Source of the DNA: Saprolegnia diclina VS20 | Lineage: Eukaryota | Assembly: GCF_000281045.1 (NCBI RefSeq) | Contig: NW_008246130.1 | Span: forward strand, 174,035 to 238,034 | DNA length: 64,000 nt | Direction of reading: 5' to 3' | In this document: positions 35,001 to 46,900 of the stretch, in pieces | Position numbering within the stretch: the first letter of the stretch is position 1 | Layout of the letters: each line of letters opens with the position of its first letter | Notes under the pieces: model-generated | The model's database searches: none | The model's input: only the letters and a program-made list of their open reading frames with translations | Told to the model about the DNA's origin: nothing | Position numbers and translations under genes: made by a program

Positions 35001-37764
35001 ACAGCCGCACGCAACGTGTGGAAGCGCGCTCGGACAAAGTGGCCGCGCCAGTGTTTCTAGCACATTTTAGTTGGTATGTTGGACGCTGCAGAGCACAAGG
35101 CGGCACCTGCAGTAGCGCCGCGTCGTGGTCGACGACGGCTTGCAACGTCGCTTGCATCGACTCGATCGTGTCGATCCCTGCCTTGCGCAAAAAGAGGAAT
35201 CGGTCCCCGAGCTGCACCGTCTCGGGGCGCTACGCATGGATATCAAATCGACGGTCTGCAAGTGAATGGGCCAACAGGTAGACACGCCATCTCTGCGTGT
35301 TGCCAGAGCCGGTCGAGAAGCCCTTCGCAGCGCAGACGCAGGTCCGTTGGCGGCACCTAATAATACCTGAATCGCTGGCGTGCAACGTCATCAGTATACC
35401 TACAAGGACAAAATCAGCGGGGGTTCAATTGTCGACGAGATGTACCGCCAAGGGCTTGAGGAAGCGTTCCAGACACGCAAACTGGCTTAGAAACTCGGGA
35501 AAGGTCGTGCGGTAGCAATAGCCCGTCTGCCGAAGTCGCACGACGTCCAGAATGCCGAGGCGCTGAAGCTGATCAGCAACGACCACCGCATCGAACGTCC
35601 CAGGCGTCCGCGACGGCTAATACGCGCCTCTATGGCCGCTGCGTGCAGTGAATGAAGGTACCTGAAGGCATTTGATAAAGTGGGGCTCGGTGCGGCACAG
35701 TGAAATGCAAAGCCGCTCAATGTCGGCGCTAAATTTGCCGGCCACCGTCACCTAGAGCCACATGAGACGCGTTCCCCAGCCAGACTCGGAGAAAACCGGT
35801 GCCGGTGCGGGCTCGAGGGGGCTGCTGAGCGCCGCGGCGATGCACGCCTGGATGATGGCGACGAGATTCTTGGGCACATCATTCTTGTTGTCGCGGACAA
35901 ACGTCCTCGCGTCGTAGACGACGTCGCCGCCCGTGTGCCGCACGATGAAACGATCGGGTGCGCTGCCGACGCGGGCGAATTTAGCGTGGTCGCCAAAGAC
36001 AGTCTCCAGTTTCTAGGGCGGATACTCGTGTACAGTTCGTAGAGACCGTTGCTGGATACCGCGATGAAGGCAGCCGAGTCGGCTCCGTGGCGCTGCGCTG
36101 ACGTGTGTTCGAGGATGCTCAAAAGGCACTGCGGCTGCTTGTCGAGGAGGTCGAGCACGCTCTACAGCACACGTTCAATGCGACTCATCGCCGACGCAGC
36201 GCACTTGGTTGTCGTGAAAGTCGAGCGACGGCGCTGCGATCTTCTCGGCCGCGTAAATGCGCTGCTCGAGCTTGAACGTAAACTACACAATTGTGAGGGT
36301 ATCCTAGACAACAGGTAATAATACTTGGACGAAAAACTGGTGCAGCTTCTCGCTAGCGTAGTGTCGGCAAAGCTGAACGAGTCCGTGGGTCGCCGACGGC
36401 GCCAAATCAAGGCCAAAGAGGTCGCACACTTCAATCGACTTGGTGCTCGACGTTGCACTGGGCGGGCCCAGATTTTGGTTCAACCGCCGCGCGAGGCTTA
36501 AAACGAGGTGCTTGTACAAGCCTTGCGCAAGCGCATCCCGCGCGACAGCAAGTGGCGTCTGGAGTCTGAGCTCGACCGCCAGCGACCCTTTCGGTAACTC
36601 CAAGAGGGTTTCGATCGCCGCGACGTCCGTCCTAGATCTCCGAGATAACGCACGCGTCATGAGAATCATTAGCAAGTACAGGCACGCGTCGCCATCATCC
36701 AACGCAAGGTTGCCGAGCAGCAAGATGGCTGCGAGGACACGCAGAATACCGTCGACGCAAGCGATACCGCAAGCCTCGAGCGCCGCCTACGCGATGTGAA
36801 CGCAAATCATCTCCAAGGGTATTACTCTCGTGTCCTGAAGTCGGCCCTGGGGAGCGCCCGTGGGGACGAATGCGTACATAGGGTGCAGCAAGTGCAGCGA
36901 TATCTTCTCCGTCGGCGAGAGATCGTGCACGAGCTGGTGCAAAACATCAAACGTGCCCTCGCTTTCCTAACCGCAACAGGTAAAAGAACGCTCGTTGCTC
37001 GAGTAGTACCGGACACGCCGTGATGCGCGCGGCGTCGACGAGGTAGCACTCGGTCGCGCACCCGACGAGGCAGCCGTCGTCGTCAAAGAGCACTTTGGTC
37101 GACTTGCCAAAGCGGGACGCCGTCGCATTCGCGGCCGTCTACCCAGCAACGTACAATCTTTGGTTGTTGCAATGCATTGCGCCGTACGCGAGCGGAGCCA
37201 AACGCCTCGAGGACGACGAGGGACGCGGTCAGCGGCAGCACGCGCTCTCGCTGCGACACGACGGCCTCGCCAATGTGCTAGGTAATGGACGGCTCACTCA
37301 TGTACATATCTGCAGACAGGACGTACAGCCAGGACAGCGCGCGCGATAGACGACTTGCCGGCGCCGCTGTCGCCCGAGATGAGGATCGTCTGGTGCTTTC
37401 GCCCGAACGGCGTGCGTAGCTGCTGCAGCGCGCCGTCGACGAGCGCAAGCAGAGCTCGTGGCGGCTGCGTCATTGGGATCGCTGGGCGGAGTGCCACAAG
37501 CACCGAGTGACCGGCAAACGTCACGTGCTCGCCCAGTTCGAAGCGCCGCTGTAACGCGTCAAGCACTGCGGGCTCGTGAGCGTGCGCCAAGCTCGTGAGG
37601 TCCTCCGGAGCGTCGGCCTCGGCGTCATCGAGCGGCCATGTGGCTGTCGTGGATAGCGGAAGAGCCACGGATGGACGCCCGTCGGTACGCACGACATCAC
37701 CGTCCAGTGTCGCCGGCACGTACAGACGGCGGCCGACCTGCGGGTTCTTGACCCACACACGCAT
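32031..37764 (-). CDS. Unconventional myosin-like protein: divergent motor domain, IQ motifs and RCC1 repeats (many short introns)
   Basis: DLTSLAHAHEPAVL, ISGDSGAGKS, LEAFGSAR-TAANATASRFGK, ILLLGNL, ARDALAQGLY, DLFGLD, YASEKLHQFF and FIVRHTGGDVVYD are myosin-head motifs. IQ-like VQALYRGFRVR, LQSWTRM and IQAAARGFLVR follow. RCC1 repeats: GWNDKGQLG, WGGNKHGQLGLG, WGEGTHGELGLG, WGHNARGQLGLG. 3' end approximate. Confidence 0.8.
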
Positions 37765-37868
37765 GGGCTAGAAAGTGCCAAACTGTACCAAGCCAAGGAG
37801 TTTCGCGCGAAACCAACTACGCACTGCCCATGGGACGCCATCGTACAGATCAAGTCGACGTATTAGCA

Positions 37869-38585
37869 TTAGGTTCTCTGCTTCTTCTTGGGCTGCGGCC
37901 CGTCTTCGTCGTCGCTCTCCTCGGCCTCCTTGGTCTCTTCTTCGCCGTCGCGCTCATCCGCCTGCTTTGTCTCCACTTCGTCCTCCTGTGCCTCCTTCGT
38001 TTCTTCTTCATCTCCGACGTCCGAGCGGTCGTCGTCTTCTTTGGGTGCCCACACAGCCCCGGCGGCGGCGTCGTTCCGGCGCTCACGCATGATTTGGATT
38101 GCTGCGAGGTGTTGGCCGTACTTGTTGCCAAAGATGTTGTGGTAGCCCGCGGGCCCAGACGCGCAGCCGCGGCACCCCGAGTGACGCTCCTGCACGAGCT
38201 GGCCGTCGGCGAGCTGCTGGCGGGGTACACGGCAAATGCTTACGGTGCCATAGTTGTAGTTTTTCGGGTTGATCGCAAACGTGCTGCAGAGGCGCTCGTA
38301 GCCCGGCTTCTTCCACTTGGCAATCAAGTTGGCGTCCGCGAGCTTCATGCGCAGGCAGTAGTCGTACACCTCCTTGGAGATCTTCTCGTACTTGTAGTAC
38401 ATGTCGTAAACGTAGCGGCTGCGCTGCCAATTGATCTGGTGGATCGGCCAGAGCACTTCACACTTGCGGAGACCGTCGTGCGGGTCGTTCATGCGCTCAC
38501 GCAGCTCGCTCTCGAGCGCGTCCATGACCGGTGCGAGGTACTCGTAGCCCGGCGGCGCCCGACCCTTCTTCGTGAGGCGCGACAT
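37869..38585 (-). CDS. BUD31: BUD31/G10 spliceosomal protein with acidic C-terminal extension
   Basis: PPGYE; LWPIHQINWQRSRYVYDMYYK; ISKEVYDY; ADANLIAKWKKPGYERLC; ICRVP; GCRGCAS. Confidence 0.92.
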   Translation of the reverse strand: MSRLTKKGRAPPGYEYLAPVMDALESELRERMNDPHDGLRKCEVLWPIHQINWQRSRYVYDMYYKYEKISKEVYDYCLRMKLADANLIAKWKKPGYERLCSTFAINPKNYNYGTVSICRVPRQQLADGQLVQERHSGCRGCASGPAGYHNIFGNKYGQHLAAIQIMRERRNDAAAGAVWAPKEDDDRSDVGDEEETKEAQEDEVETKQADERDGEEETKEAEESDDEDGPQPKKKQRT

Positions 38586-39386
38586 CGACCTGCTTCCGTG
38601 GTTGTGCCAACCGTACACTGCAAAATGAATATAGTGTTACTTAGCTATATAGTGTGATAACATCCTTGCCCTCAGGCTTGGAGCACAGGCTTGGAGCAAG
38701 AGCATGAAGTGAGATCGGTTTGATGCGGGAGAGCTAAGAAGAGTCTTACATCTTCCGCATGAGTCGCGTTGATTAGCGCTCCGTTATCACTCATCGTGCT
38801 AGTACGAGTGCTTCAAATCCGGAAGTTATGCAGTTTGTATCCTTCCTGGACATGTTCACTTGCGCACCCCAAACCCTCTTGATCAGACTTGATGTTACCC
38901 GCTGTAGGGACCGAAGCTGCGCTGCAGTGCTGCATGTATTGTCTTGGTCGTTCAGGTGCAGTACTAGTTTGCTGCGAACGACCAGCTTTGGCGACAGCGC
39001 ATCGCCCAAACCTCGATTTTGACACATTGCTAAACGCGACTTGTCACTCGCAAGAGGAAGATCTGTGAGCGCGATTGATACTACTCACAGTGCGTACCCT
39101 TTGGTCGCTCGATGAGCTTGATGGTGACATTTCATTTGGAATTGGGAACACTTCAACTTGACGGAGGATCGTTGTACACTAATTGGTTGTCTGTGAAATA
39201 TTGTCCGGTCGCGAGCCCGGAGAGAAATCCGGACTTCGATAAATGGCATATTGAAATCAAGTGAAAACGGTTGGTGAAAGGACGGCCGGTGCCAGAGATG
39301 CACTTGATCTTTGTATGCATGGCAGGTAACGTACACACTGGTTGGTTGGGAGGCAGCAGCAAGGCTTGGGATTTGGTCTAAAAAAA

Positions 39387-39400
39387 TCACTTGTGAATTT
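39387..39400 (+). promoter_or_regulatory. Oomycete Inr+FPR core promoter element (RPS21)
   Basis: TCACTTGTGAATTT fits YCAYTYBNNNWTTY and ends 15 bp before the RPS21 ATG. Confidence 0.6.
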
Positions 39401-39414
39401 ACAACCTTTTCAAC

Positions 39415-39654
39415 ATGCAAAACTCGGCTGGCCAGAACATCGACCTCTACATCCCGCGCAAGTGCTCGTGGACGAACCGCATCCTCGCGGCCAAGGACCA
39501 CGCTTCGGTGCAGATCGCCGTCGCCCAGGTCGATGCCAACGGTGTCTACACCGGCCACAACGACGTCTACGCGCTCGCCGGCTACATCCGCAACAAGGGT
39601 GAGGGCGACCACGCCTTGACCGAATTGGCCCGCCGCGCCGAGGAGAAGAACTAA
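39415..39654 (+). CDS. RPS21: 40S ribosomal protein S21 (eS21)
   Basis: MQNSAGQNIDLYIPRKCSWTNRILAAKDHASVQI signature. Confidence 0.97.
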   Translation: MQNSAGQNIDLYIPRKCSWTNRILAAKDHASVQIAVAQVDANGVYTGHNDVYALAGYIRNKGEGDHALTELARRAEEKN

Positions 39655-40145
39655 ATTCTCTCTTCTTCGTAACACCATGCAAATGCAAGTCTGCTATTTC
39701 GGGTTGTACTCCTTCCTATCTATTCGCTGTAATACACACATCACGGCTTCAGTCTTCTCGCATCGGGCCAACATGGCCCCAAGTCCAAGCACCAGCACGG
39801 GTCAGCACCTCGAGTGCAAGGTTGACCCCTCGTCTGCCAGTCGACAAGCTTGCCGCGTCGTCGAATCGAGAGCTCGACCTACTCTTTCTTCTCGATGTTA
39901 CTGCGTCGTCGCTGACGAGCGCGAGCCGATTGGGATGCAGTGCCCAGCGAATCGAAGGTGTATTCAAGTAGATCATCATATTACGTCGCAGCCGTTAGTG
40001 CACTCTATCGGGAACGACGTTGGGTTATGTAGTTGAACGTTGCCGGGCACAAGTACGGGCTAGTGTCGTCTAGTCTTCCCGAAGGATCGGCGACTTAGCC
40101 CTACAAAGCTCGCACATGAGCACCCACACGTAATAGGCCGTGTCG

Positions 40146-40441
40146 TCATACCCGCTGGCCGCGCTGCTGAATCGCACCCGACACAATCTTCATCGTGTCA
40201 ATGTAGCGCTCGACGCAGAGCGAGAGGCACTGCTGCTGCTTGTTGTCGAGGCGGTCCTGCGGGCGCGTGATGCACTTGTTAAAGCATTTCTCCTGGACCG
40301 CCTTGGTCAGCTCCTGCATGGCCTGCTGCTGGACTTCCATGCGCACCTACGCCGGTCATGAGCAGCCGTCGTCGTCATGGCGCAACAGACTTGGGCGATG
40401 ATCTCATCCTTCTGCTGCGACGTCAGGTTGCGCTCGTCCAT
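40146..40441 (-). CDS. TIM13: Small Tim chaperone, Tim13-like (2 exons)
   Basis: Twin CX3C motif (KCFNKC...QCLSLC) followed by RYID. One short intron at ~40347-40390. Confidence 0.82.
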
Positions 40442-40485
40442 GCTTGCTGCAATTCGTTGTCTTCCAACCAAACACCCTTTCGGGT

Positions 40486-40509
40486 CCGGATACAAGCCTT
40501 ATTATCCGG
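40486..40509. promoter_or_regulatory. Paired CCGGATA/TATCCGG elements in the 90-bp bidirectional promoter between TIM13 and the TSC1-like gene
   Basis: CCGGATA-N10-TATCCGG lies between divergent ATGs at 40441 (-) and 40532 (+). Confidence 0.6.
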
Positions 40510-40531
40510 TAACGCGGTTAGCGATCTTGCG

Positions 40532-43155
40532 ATGAAGGACTTGGCGGCCCAGGTCGTCGGCGCCGTGCACGAGGAGACTCTGGACGCCGAGCTCTTGGCC
40601 GCGGTCGTCGCTGCCTCCCAGGCGCACCCCGATGCAGTCCCTCTCTTCTTCGAAGGCATCGCCCACATGCTCGCCTTCGGCCACCCGTCGTCCAGCAGCA
40701 GCTCCGAGTCCGACTCGGACGACGACGCATCCTCGGGCTCGGAGCCCGAGACCATTGGCACAGCGAGCTGCATCGACATCGAGTGTACGCTGAATGAAGC
40801 GCAAGTCGTCGTCCTCCTGCAGTATGCGCTGCCGCTTTTGACGTCGTCCAGTCTCGCGCCGTACGTGTCGCCCTGGGGCGCCTTGGCCCTTCTGTGGTGC
40901 GAGCGCGGTATGTCGCTAGCTCTGCACGAGCTCTTGAAGCCGTTTCTTCAGAGCGTGTGCCGATGCCAGGCCTTAGACACGACACTGCGTGGTCCGCTCG
41001 TACTGGACCGGCTCGTCGCGCTTGTCCTTCGACTCGCGTCGCCCGAGCAAACGACCGGCTACGCGGTGCTCCTGAGTCTTCTGCAAAACATCCCCAGCGC
41101 CGTCTTTGCAGCGATGAATGCGTGCGTGGCCACGGCAGCAGCCCGCGTCGCCGTCGTTCTCGGATGCCTCGCGACACGAACCGTATTTCCCACAGCGACC
41201 TTCTACGCAAGCCCGCTCTGGCCCACAATGTTGCACGCGGTCAAAGCCAGCAAGAGCGTGGAGACGCTTGTCCCGTGTCTATGGCTGCTCACCACGCTGC
41301 TTCCGTCGCTCACAAAGGCTGAAGAAAACGTAACCCGCGTGTTGCAGGCCCTGCGCCACGCGATCGAGTTGTGTGCGCCGACGACCGACGAGAGCTCAAA
41401 GCCGAGCTCGGCTCGCGGCGTCATCGATCTCTTCTCGACAGCGCAGAGGCCGCTTCTCACGGAAAAAGCCACCAACGCGTGCATTGCGCCGACACCGGGG
41501 CGTCCGTGGCGCATCACCGCCGTCGACGGCCTCTGCTCCTCCGGAACAGACTGCCTCCACTCGCTGCGTCTCACGACCCGGGATCTCGGTACGTCACAGT
41601 AGTGATATACCGGTATGGGGAGTGACAAGATATGGAAGGGAGCGGCGAGGTCACTACCCACAAGATTGGCGTCGAGGACGAATGCTTGCCGACGCAGACG
41701 CTGGCCTTTGCCTCCGACGAGGTTCTCACGGCCATTGACGTTGGCACAGACGCTACTGGCGCCGTCTGCGGTCTTCGATGCACCACTACAAAACGCACGT
41801 ACGACTGGCTCGGTCTAGCATCGACGTCGGCGCGTCGGTGGATCGGTGGCGACGAGATCATCGGTGTGAGTGCTCTTGTCCATGCTAATGGTCTCTGGCG
41901 CCTCCACGCGATCTCGTCGGGACCGACCCCGCAGGCGCTGACGTACATCTCAGGTATCTTCCAACACGTGTACGCATCGAGTCCATGGGCGTGCGTGGAC
42001 TTTCTTCGTGGCGCCACCACGGCGGTGACGACGCCACTGCTTCGCGCCTTGTGCCTCCAAGTCCGACTCCACCCGGGTCTGGTGTCATCGTCGCCGATCG
42101 AAGAGAGTGACGTGGCCATTTGTGCTGCGTGGGTCTCGGATCCGTGCCTCGCACAGTTTCAGGACGCGGTCGGTACTCGGCAGGTCGAGGCTATGCAAAG
42201 GCTCCAGCATAAGCTACTCGAGAGCGACTACGCTGCCAAGGAGGCGACGACGCAGCTCCATTTGCAGGTCGAGAAGGACACGGTGACGGCTCTCCACGGA
42301 CGCATCCACGCACAGTCGGCCACGATCCAGGCGTACGAAGAAAAGCACATCAAGATGCACCAAGCGCTGCAGGTGATTTCCTCGAGTAAGCTAAACTCAG
42401 CCGCGTCCTAGCTCCGATTGGCGCAGTACGCGCTCGAGTGCAAGCTTCTGAAAGAAAACAACCTGACGCTGCGCCACGAAGTGCAGACGCTCGAAGCGGC
42501 GCTCTCGCGCACCGAAGCCGCGCTGCAGCATGCAACAGCCCAGAGCATCGCGCTGCTGGGCGAAAACGAACATCAACGGACCCAGCTCGCCAACTGGAGC
42601 GAGACTGCAGACAAGTGCGCGAGTCTGGAGCGCGTACGTGCGATGACTGGTGCGCGTCGCAAAGTTTCGACATGGCATTGTAGCAAATAGCAGAGTGGCA
42701 TGAGTACCACGCGTCGACGCTGGGAAGCGAACGTGACGCGCGCGCGGCGGAGCGTGAAGAGCTCGTTGCGATCTACGAAGAGAAGCTCTTCAAGGCGCGG
42801 GACCGCATCGAAGCGCCGACAAAGCCAAGTAGTGGTTTAGAGAACCTGACCGAGGACCGCAGTCGCTTGCTCGAGCTCGAAAAACTGCTCAAGCAAAAGG
42901 TATCTGCCCCCGACACATTATCTGCGAGCAACAAGCTGGTCTTCTTAGGAGCAAGGGACGCAAGCGCTCCGGGCGATGCTCGAGCGCCAGCAAAGCGTAT
43001 CGGAAGAGATGCTCAAGGCCGTGAACCGCAAGTATGACAACGTCAAAGCCATCAACCTTGCGCTACAGGTAGGGGCAATGGGAGCTGGCGGTAGTGGGCT
43101 CATGCAACTTCGGCAGAGGCGCGCGCTTGGCCGATCGTCAGGCCTTGGAAACTAA
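40532..43155 (+). CDS. Hamartin (TSC1)-like protein: helical N-terminal domain and C-terminal coiled coil, multi-exon
   Basis: LWLLTTLLPSL, IFQHVYASSPWACVDFLR and VRLHPGLVSSS...E align by eye with hamartin LVLITMLP, LFHRLYGMYPCNFVSFLR and VRIHPELVTGS...E. Long coiled-coil tail split by short introns. Confidence 0.65.
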
Positions 43156-43231
43156 TGACGATGGGTATATATGTCGTATCGATAGTAGAGTAGTATTGAT
43201 GGTTCATTGTCCGTGGATCAAAGCCTGCGAC

Positions 43232-43570
43232 TTACTGCGACCGGATGTTGTACTTGGCTTGCCACGCGTTGGCCGCGGCTTCCTTCTGCTTGAGGAGATC
43301 CTCGACCTGAACCATGACCTTGGCGATACCCTCGCCGTTCGAGACGACGGCCGGAAGGACCTCGCCGACCGTGCGCTCGACGAGGACGCCGCCGACCATG
43401 CGGAACGCACGGCGTTGGCCATCGAGCGCCTGCAGCGTCTCGGCCACGCGCTGGTGCTCGGTGAACTCGAGCTCCATCTCGGCGAGCTTTTCGGCGAGCT
43501 GGCGGATCTCCGTGCGCATGCCCTTGTACTGGGCGATGACCTGCTGCTCGTTCAGTTGCGCCTCCGACAT
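43232..43570 (-). CDS. PFDN2: Prefoldin subunit 2
   Basis: EH.RV.ETL...RRAFRMVGGVLVERTVGEVLP signature. Confidence 0.94.
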   Translation of the reverse strand: MSEAQLNEQQVIAQYKGMRTEIRQLAEKLAEMELEFTEHQRVAETLQALDGQRRAFRMVGGVLVERTVGEVLPAVVSNGEGIAKVMVQVEDLLKQKEAAANAWQAKYNIRSQ

Positions 43571-43959
43571 TTCTTACTGAGTGGAAGCGCTCGATGGCCC
43601 AAAAGCCACGTGATTTTCACCAATTCCCACGGTGATTATCTAGTTGCACGCCATATAAAACCTAAGGTCGTAGGGGTCAACCCCAGCGGATAAAGCCGGG
43701 AGGACATGCTCGATTCGCCTTCGTTTGGCGCCGGCAGAAGGCTGGGCCCCGCGTGACGAGCAACTCCATCGTGTTGCCTTCCAGCAGCCCTGCCAGTCTG
43801 CTGCTCTGCGAGTCGTCTTGGGATGGGCGCCTTTCTTGCCCGCCACAAGTTCCGAACTTTAGGTTCGTCCCTCTGCGACACGCACCGTTACAAAACCCTG
43901 CGGATCCAAACCTAGGCTTCCCAGCGGCAACAACTTCAAGCTTTGGGTGACTGCGGCGC

Positions 43960-46900
43960 ATGAACCGAGCGACGGAGCTCTACGACCAGGCCTTCCGCGC
44001 AGCCGAAGAGGGCATCCGCGCAGAGGAGAGCCATGACGCTGAGACGGCAGTCCGTCACTTTGAGGAGGCCATTCGCATCTTCAGCCGGCTCGCGATCGTC
44101 GAGTCGCTGAGCAAGCGCGAGCTGCTCCAAGAACAGATCGCCGATTTCCAGGAGCGCATCGACAAGCTCCGCGCCAAGGTTGTCGAGCCGCCGCTCGTTC
44201 AGACAGCGGCCAATGTCGACTTGCAGATTGGGAACGCCGAGGGTCTTGAGGCCATCGCTAGGACTGTCGACACCGAGCCACATGGCGTGGAGTCCATTGT
44301 ACAAGCCTACATGGCCGCGGCCGATGCTTATATGACGGTAATGCGCGCGCTGAAGCTCATGCATCGCTCATTCAGAGGTAACTAGGTCTTGCAAGACCCA
44401 TCCTTGTCCCCATCTGCGCAGGTGCGCGTCCAAGCCAGCGTCGAAGCTATCATCGAGCGCGTGACAGCGCTCAAGGAGCCAGTGGTCAGCAATGCTGTCC
44501 AAGGGGGCGGCGAGGACATCGATCTCATGGAGGAAGAGCTCATGGAAGAGATGGAATCCTTCCTCGATGGTAGACTCAAACGATGGCTCTCACTTCGCGT
44601 AATGTTGTCCTGTGCAGTCGCCGATGTTGCGCCGGCCAAGCAAGCGGTGGTGCACACGCCGACGCCGCGGCTGCTGCGCTCGCCCTCTGCGATGCAACGA
44701 CCTGCAATCACGTACGAAGACGATGCTGGCGACGCCAAGTACACGGCCGAAGAAGTCGACGTTCTGCGCCGGTCCTCTGTCGTCAACAGGCGGCTCTTCC
44801 AGCCGTGGATCGCGTCTGACGCGTACGAGGTCTTCTCGCCCCACGAGCAATACATCGACCCCGACGGCTTTCTGAGTACGCTATCAGACTCTGGTTTGGA
44901 TTAAATAGGACGCTGTGACTAGGCATGTCGCCCAAGCAAATGGACAAACTCGACAAGTGGGTGCGTCCGACGGGCTACGGCACCGGGCAGCCCGTCATGA
45001 TTGCAGCCATTTCGCCGTACGTGATCGTGCAGGACGTCGTCACCGACTGCTCGTTTGTCGCGTCGCTCTGCATCACGGCGGCGTTCGAGCAGCGCTTCCA
45101 GAAGAAGCTGATTACGAAGATCATCTACCCGCAGGTACCGCTCGCGTCGTGGCGCTGTATCTCATTCGTGACCAGGATGCCCATGGGGACCCCATTATAA
45201 ACCCCGGCGGGCGCTACAACGTCAAGCTGTGGGCCAACGGCGTGCCGCGCAAGGTCGTAGTGGACGACTGCCTGCCCCTCGGCTACAACGGCACGCTCCT
45301 CTGCTCGTGCACGACGACCTCAAACGAGCTATGGGTGCGACGATCCCGCATCTCTGTCGCTCTACATTGCGATATGGTAGGTGAGCATCATTGAGAAGGC
45401 ATATCTCAAGGTGAACGGCGGCTATGACTTTCCCGGCAGCAACTCGGGCATCGACCTCTTTGCGCTCACGGGCTGGATCCCCGAGTCGCTCTCGTTTGTC
45501 GAAGCGTCGGGCCCGACGAGCGACGTCATCTGGCAGCGCCTCATTAGCGCATACAACTTTGGCGACTGCCTCATCACGATCGCGACAGGCGAGATACCAC
45601 CCGACATCGTACAACTGAGGTTCTTGCGAGGTATTGTAATGGTGACGTAGGCGCGCCGGGTCGGGCTCGTGCCGTCGCATGCCTACGCCGTCCTCAACGT
45701 CCTCGAAACGTCGTGCGGTGTGCGCTTGCTCCGCGTCAAGAACCCGTGGAACCGCAAGCGCTGGAAAGGCCCGTACAGCCTCGACGACACGCAGCACTGG
45801 ACGCCTGGTGCGACCAATGGCATTGTGGATGGCTCCTAACATCGTTGGTAGCACTGCAAGACGAAGTAGGCTTTGACCTGGACGCCGCGCGCCACGCAAA
45901 AGACGACGGTCTCTTCTGGATCGACTTTGACTCGGTGCAAGTGCACTTTAACGCGCTCTTTCTCAATTGGAACCCAGAGCTGTTCCAGTACCGGTACACG
46001 GTGCACAAGCACTGGCCCGTCGAGATGGGCCCGGCCAACGACACTTACAACCTCGGGTACAACCCGCAGTTTTTGCTCACGATCCCCAACGCCCAGCGCC
46101 GCACCAAGTCGTGCTCGATCTGGATCCTCCTCTCGCGGCACGTGACCGCCGTCGAGACGCCCGAGGCCGTCCAGCAGTTTTTGACGCTCCACGTCTACCA
46201 GCAGGCGACGCGCGTGTACTACCCCAACTTTGCCTTTGCGCGCGGAACGTACAGCAACAACCCGCACTGCCTCACGTGCCTCGACGTGGACCTGCGACCG
46301 GACGGCCCGACGTCCTTTGTTCTTGTCGCGTCGCAATACGAAAAGCTCGTGTCGCTCGACTACACGATCTCCGTCTTCTCGACAGACGAACCGTTTGAGT
46401 TTACGTCTGCGCCGGCGCCGCCACTGCACAGCCACGCGCTGCGCGACCAGTGGACGGGCACGACTGCCGGCGGCTGCCCCAAGTACGACGACTTGTGCGT
46501 TGGTTGTCCAAACTGATCGGAATGGTGTAGGTATGGCTCGTTCCTGCACAACCCGCAGTACCAAGTGGTGGTCACGGACACGTTGACAGACGTCGTCATC
46601 ACACTCGAGGCGCCCGTGCAGTACCCGATCAACCTCCGCTTGGTCCGCGACGGCCAGCGCGTCGGCGCCGTCTCCAAGAAGACTCTTCTCGCGCAGTCGG
46701 GGGAGTACCGTCCTGGTTTTTGCTACATTGAAGTCAAGGACTTGTCGCCGGGCGAGTACACCCTCGTGCCGTCGACGTTTGAACCCCACTGCATCGGCGC
46801 CTTTGTGCTTACGATCGCCGCGTCATCGCCGCAATTCCACGTGTACACGCTGCCGCCCGAAGGCCATGGCTTGATCGAAACTCTCGCCGTCGGCAAGTGG

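Noticed and set aside
38620..39380. Short ORFs between BUD31 and RPS21, with similar ones at 5950-6350, 12600-13450 and 23500-24150
   Set aside because: Non-host codon usage and no motifs. They may be UTRs or decayed sequence, but I cannot support a call.
39880..39985. Box C-like ATGATGA on the minus strand downstream of TIM13 (possible C/D snoRNA)
   Set aside because: No appropriately spaced box D (CTGA) or terminal stem found.
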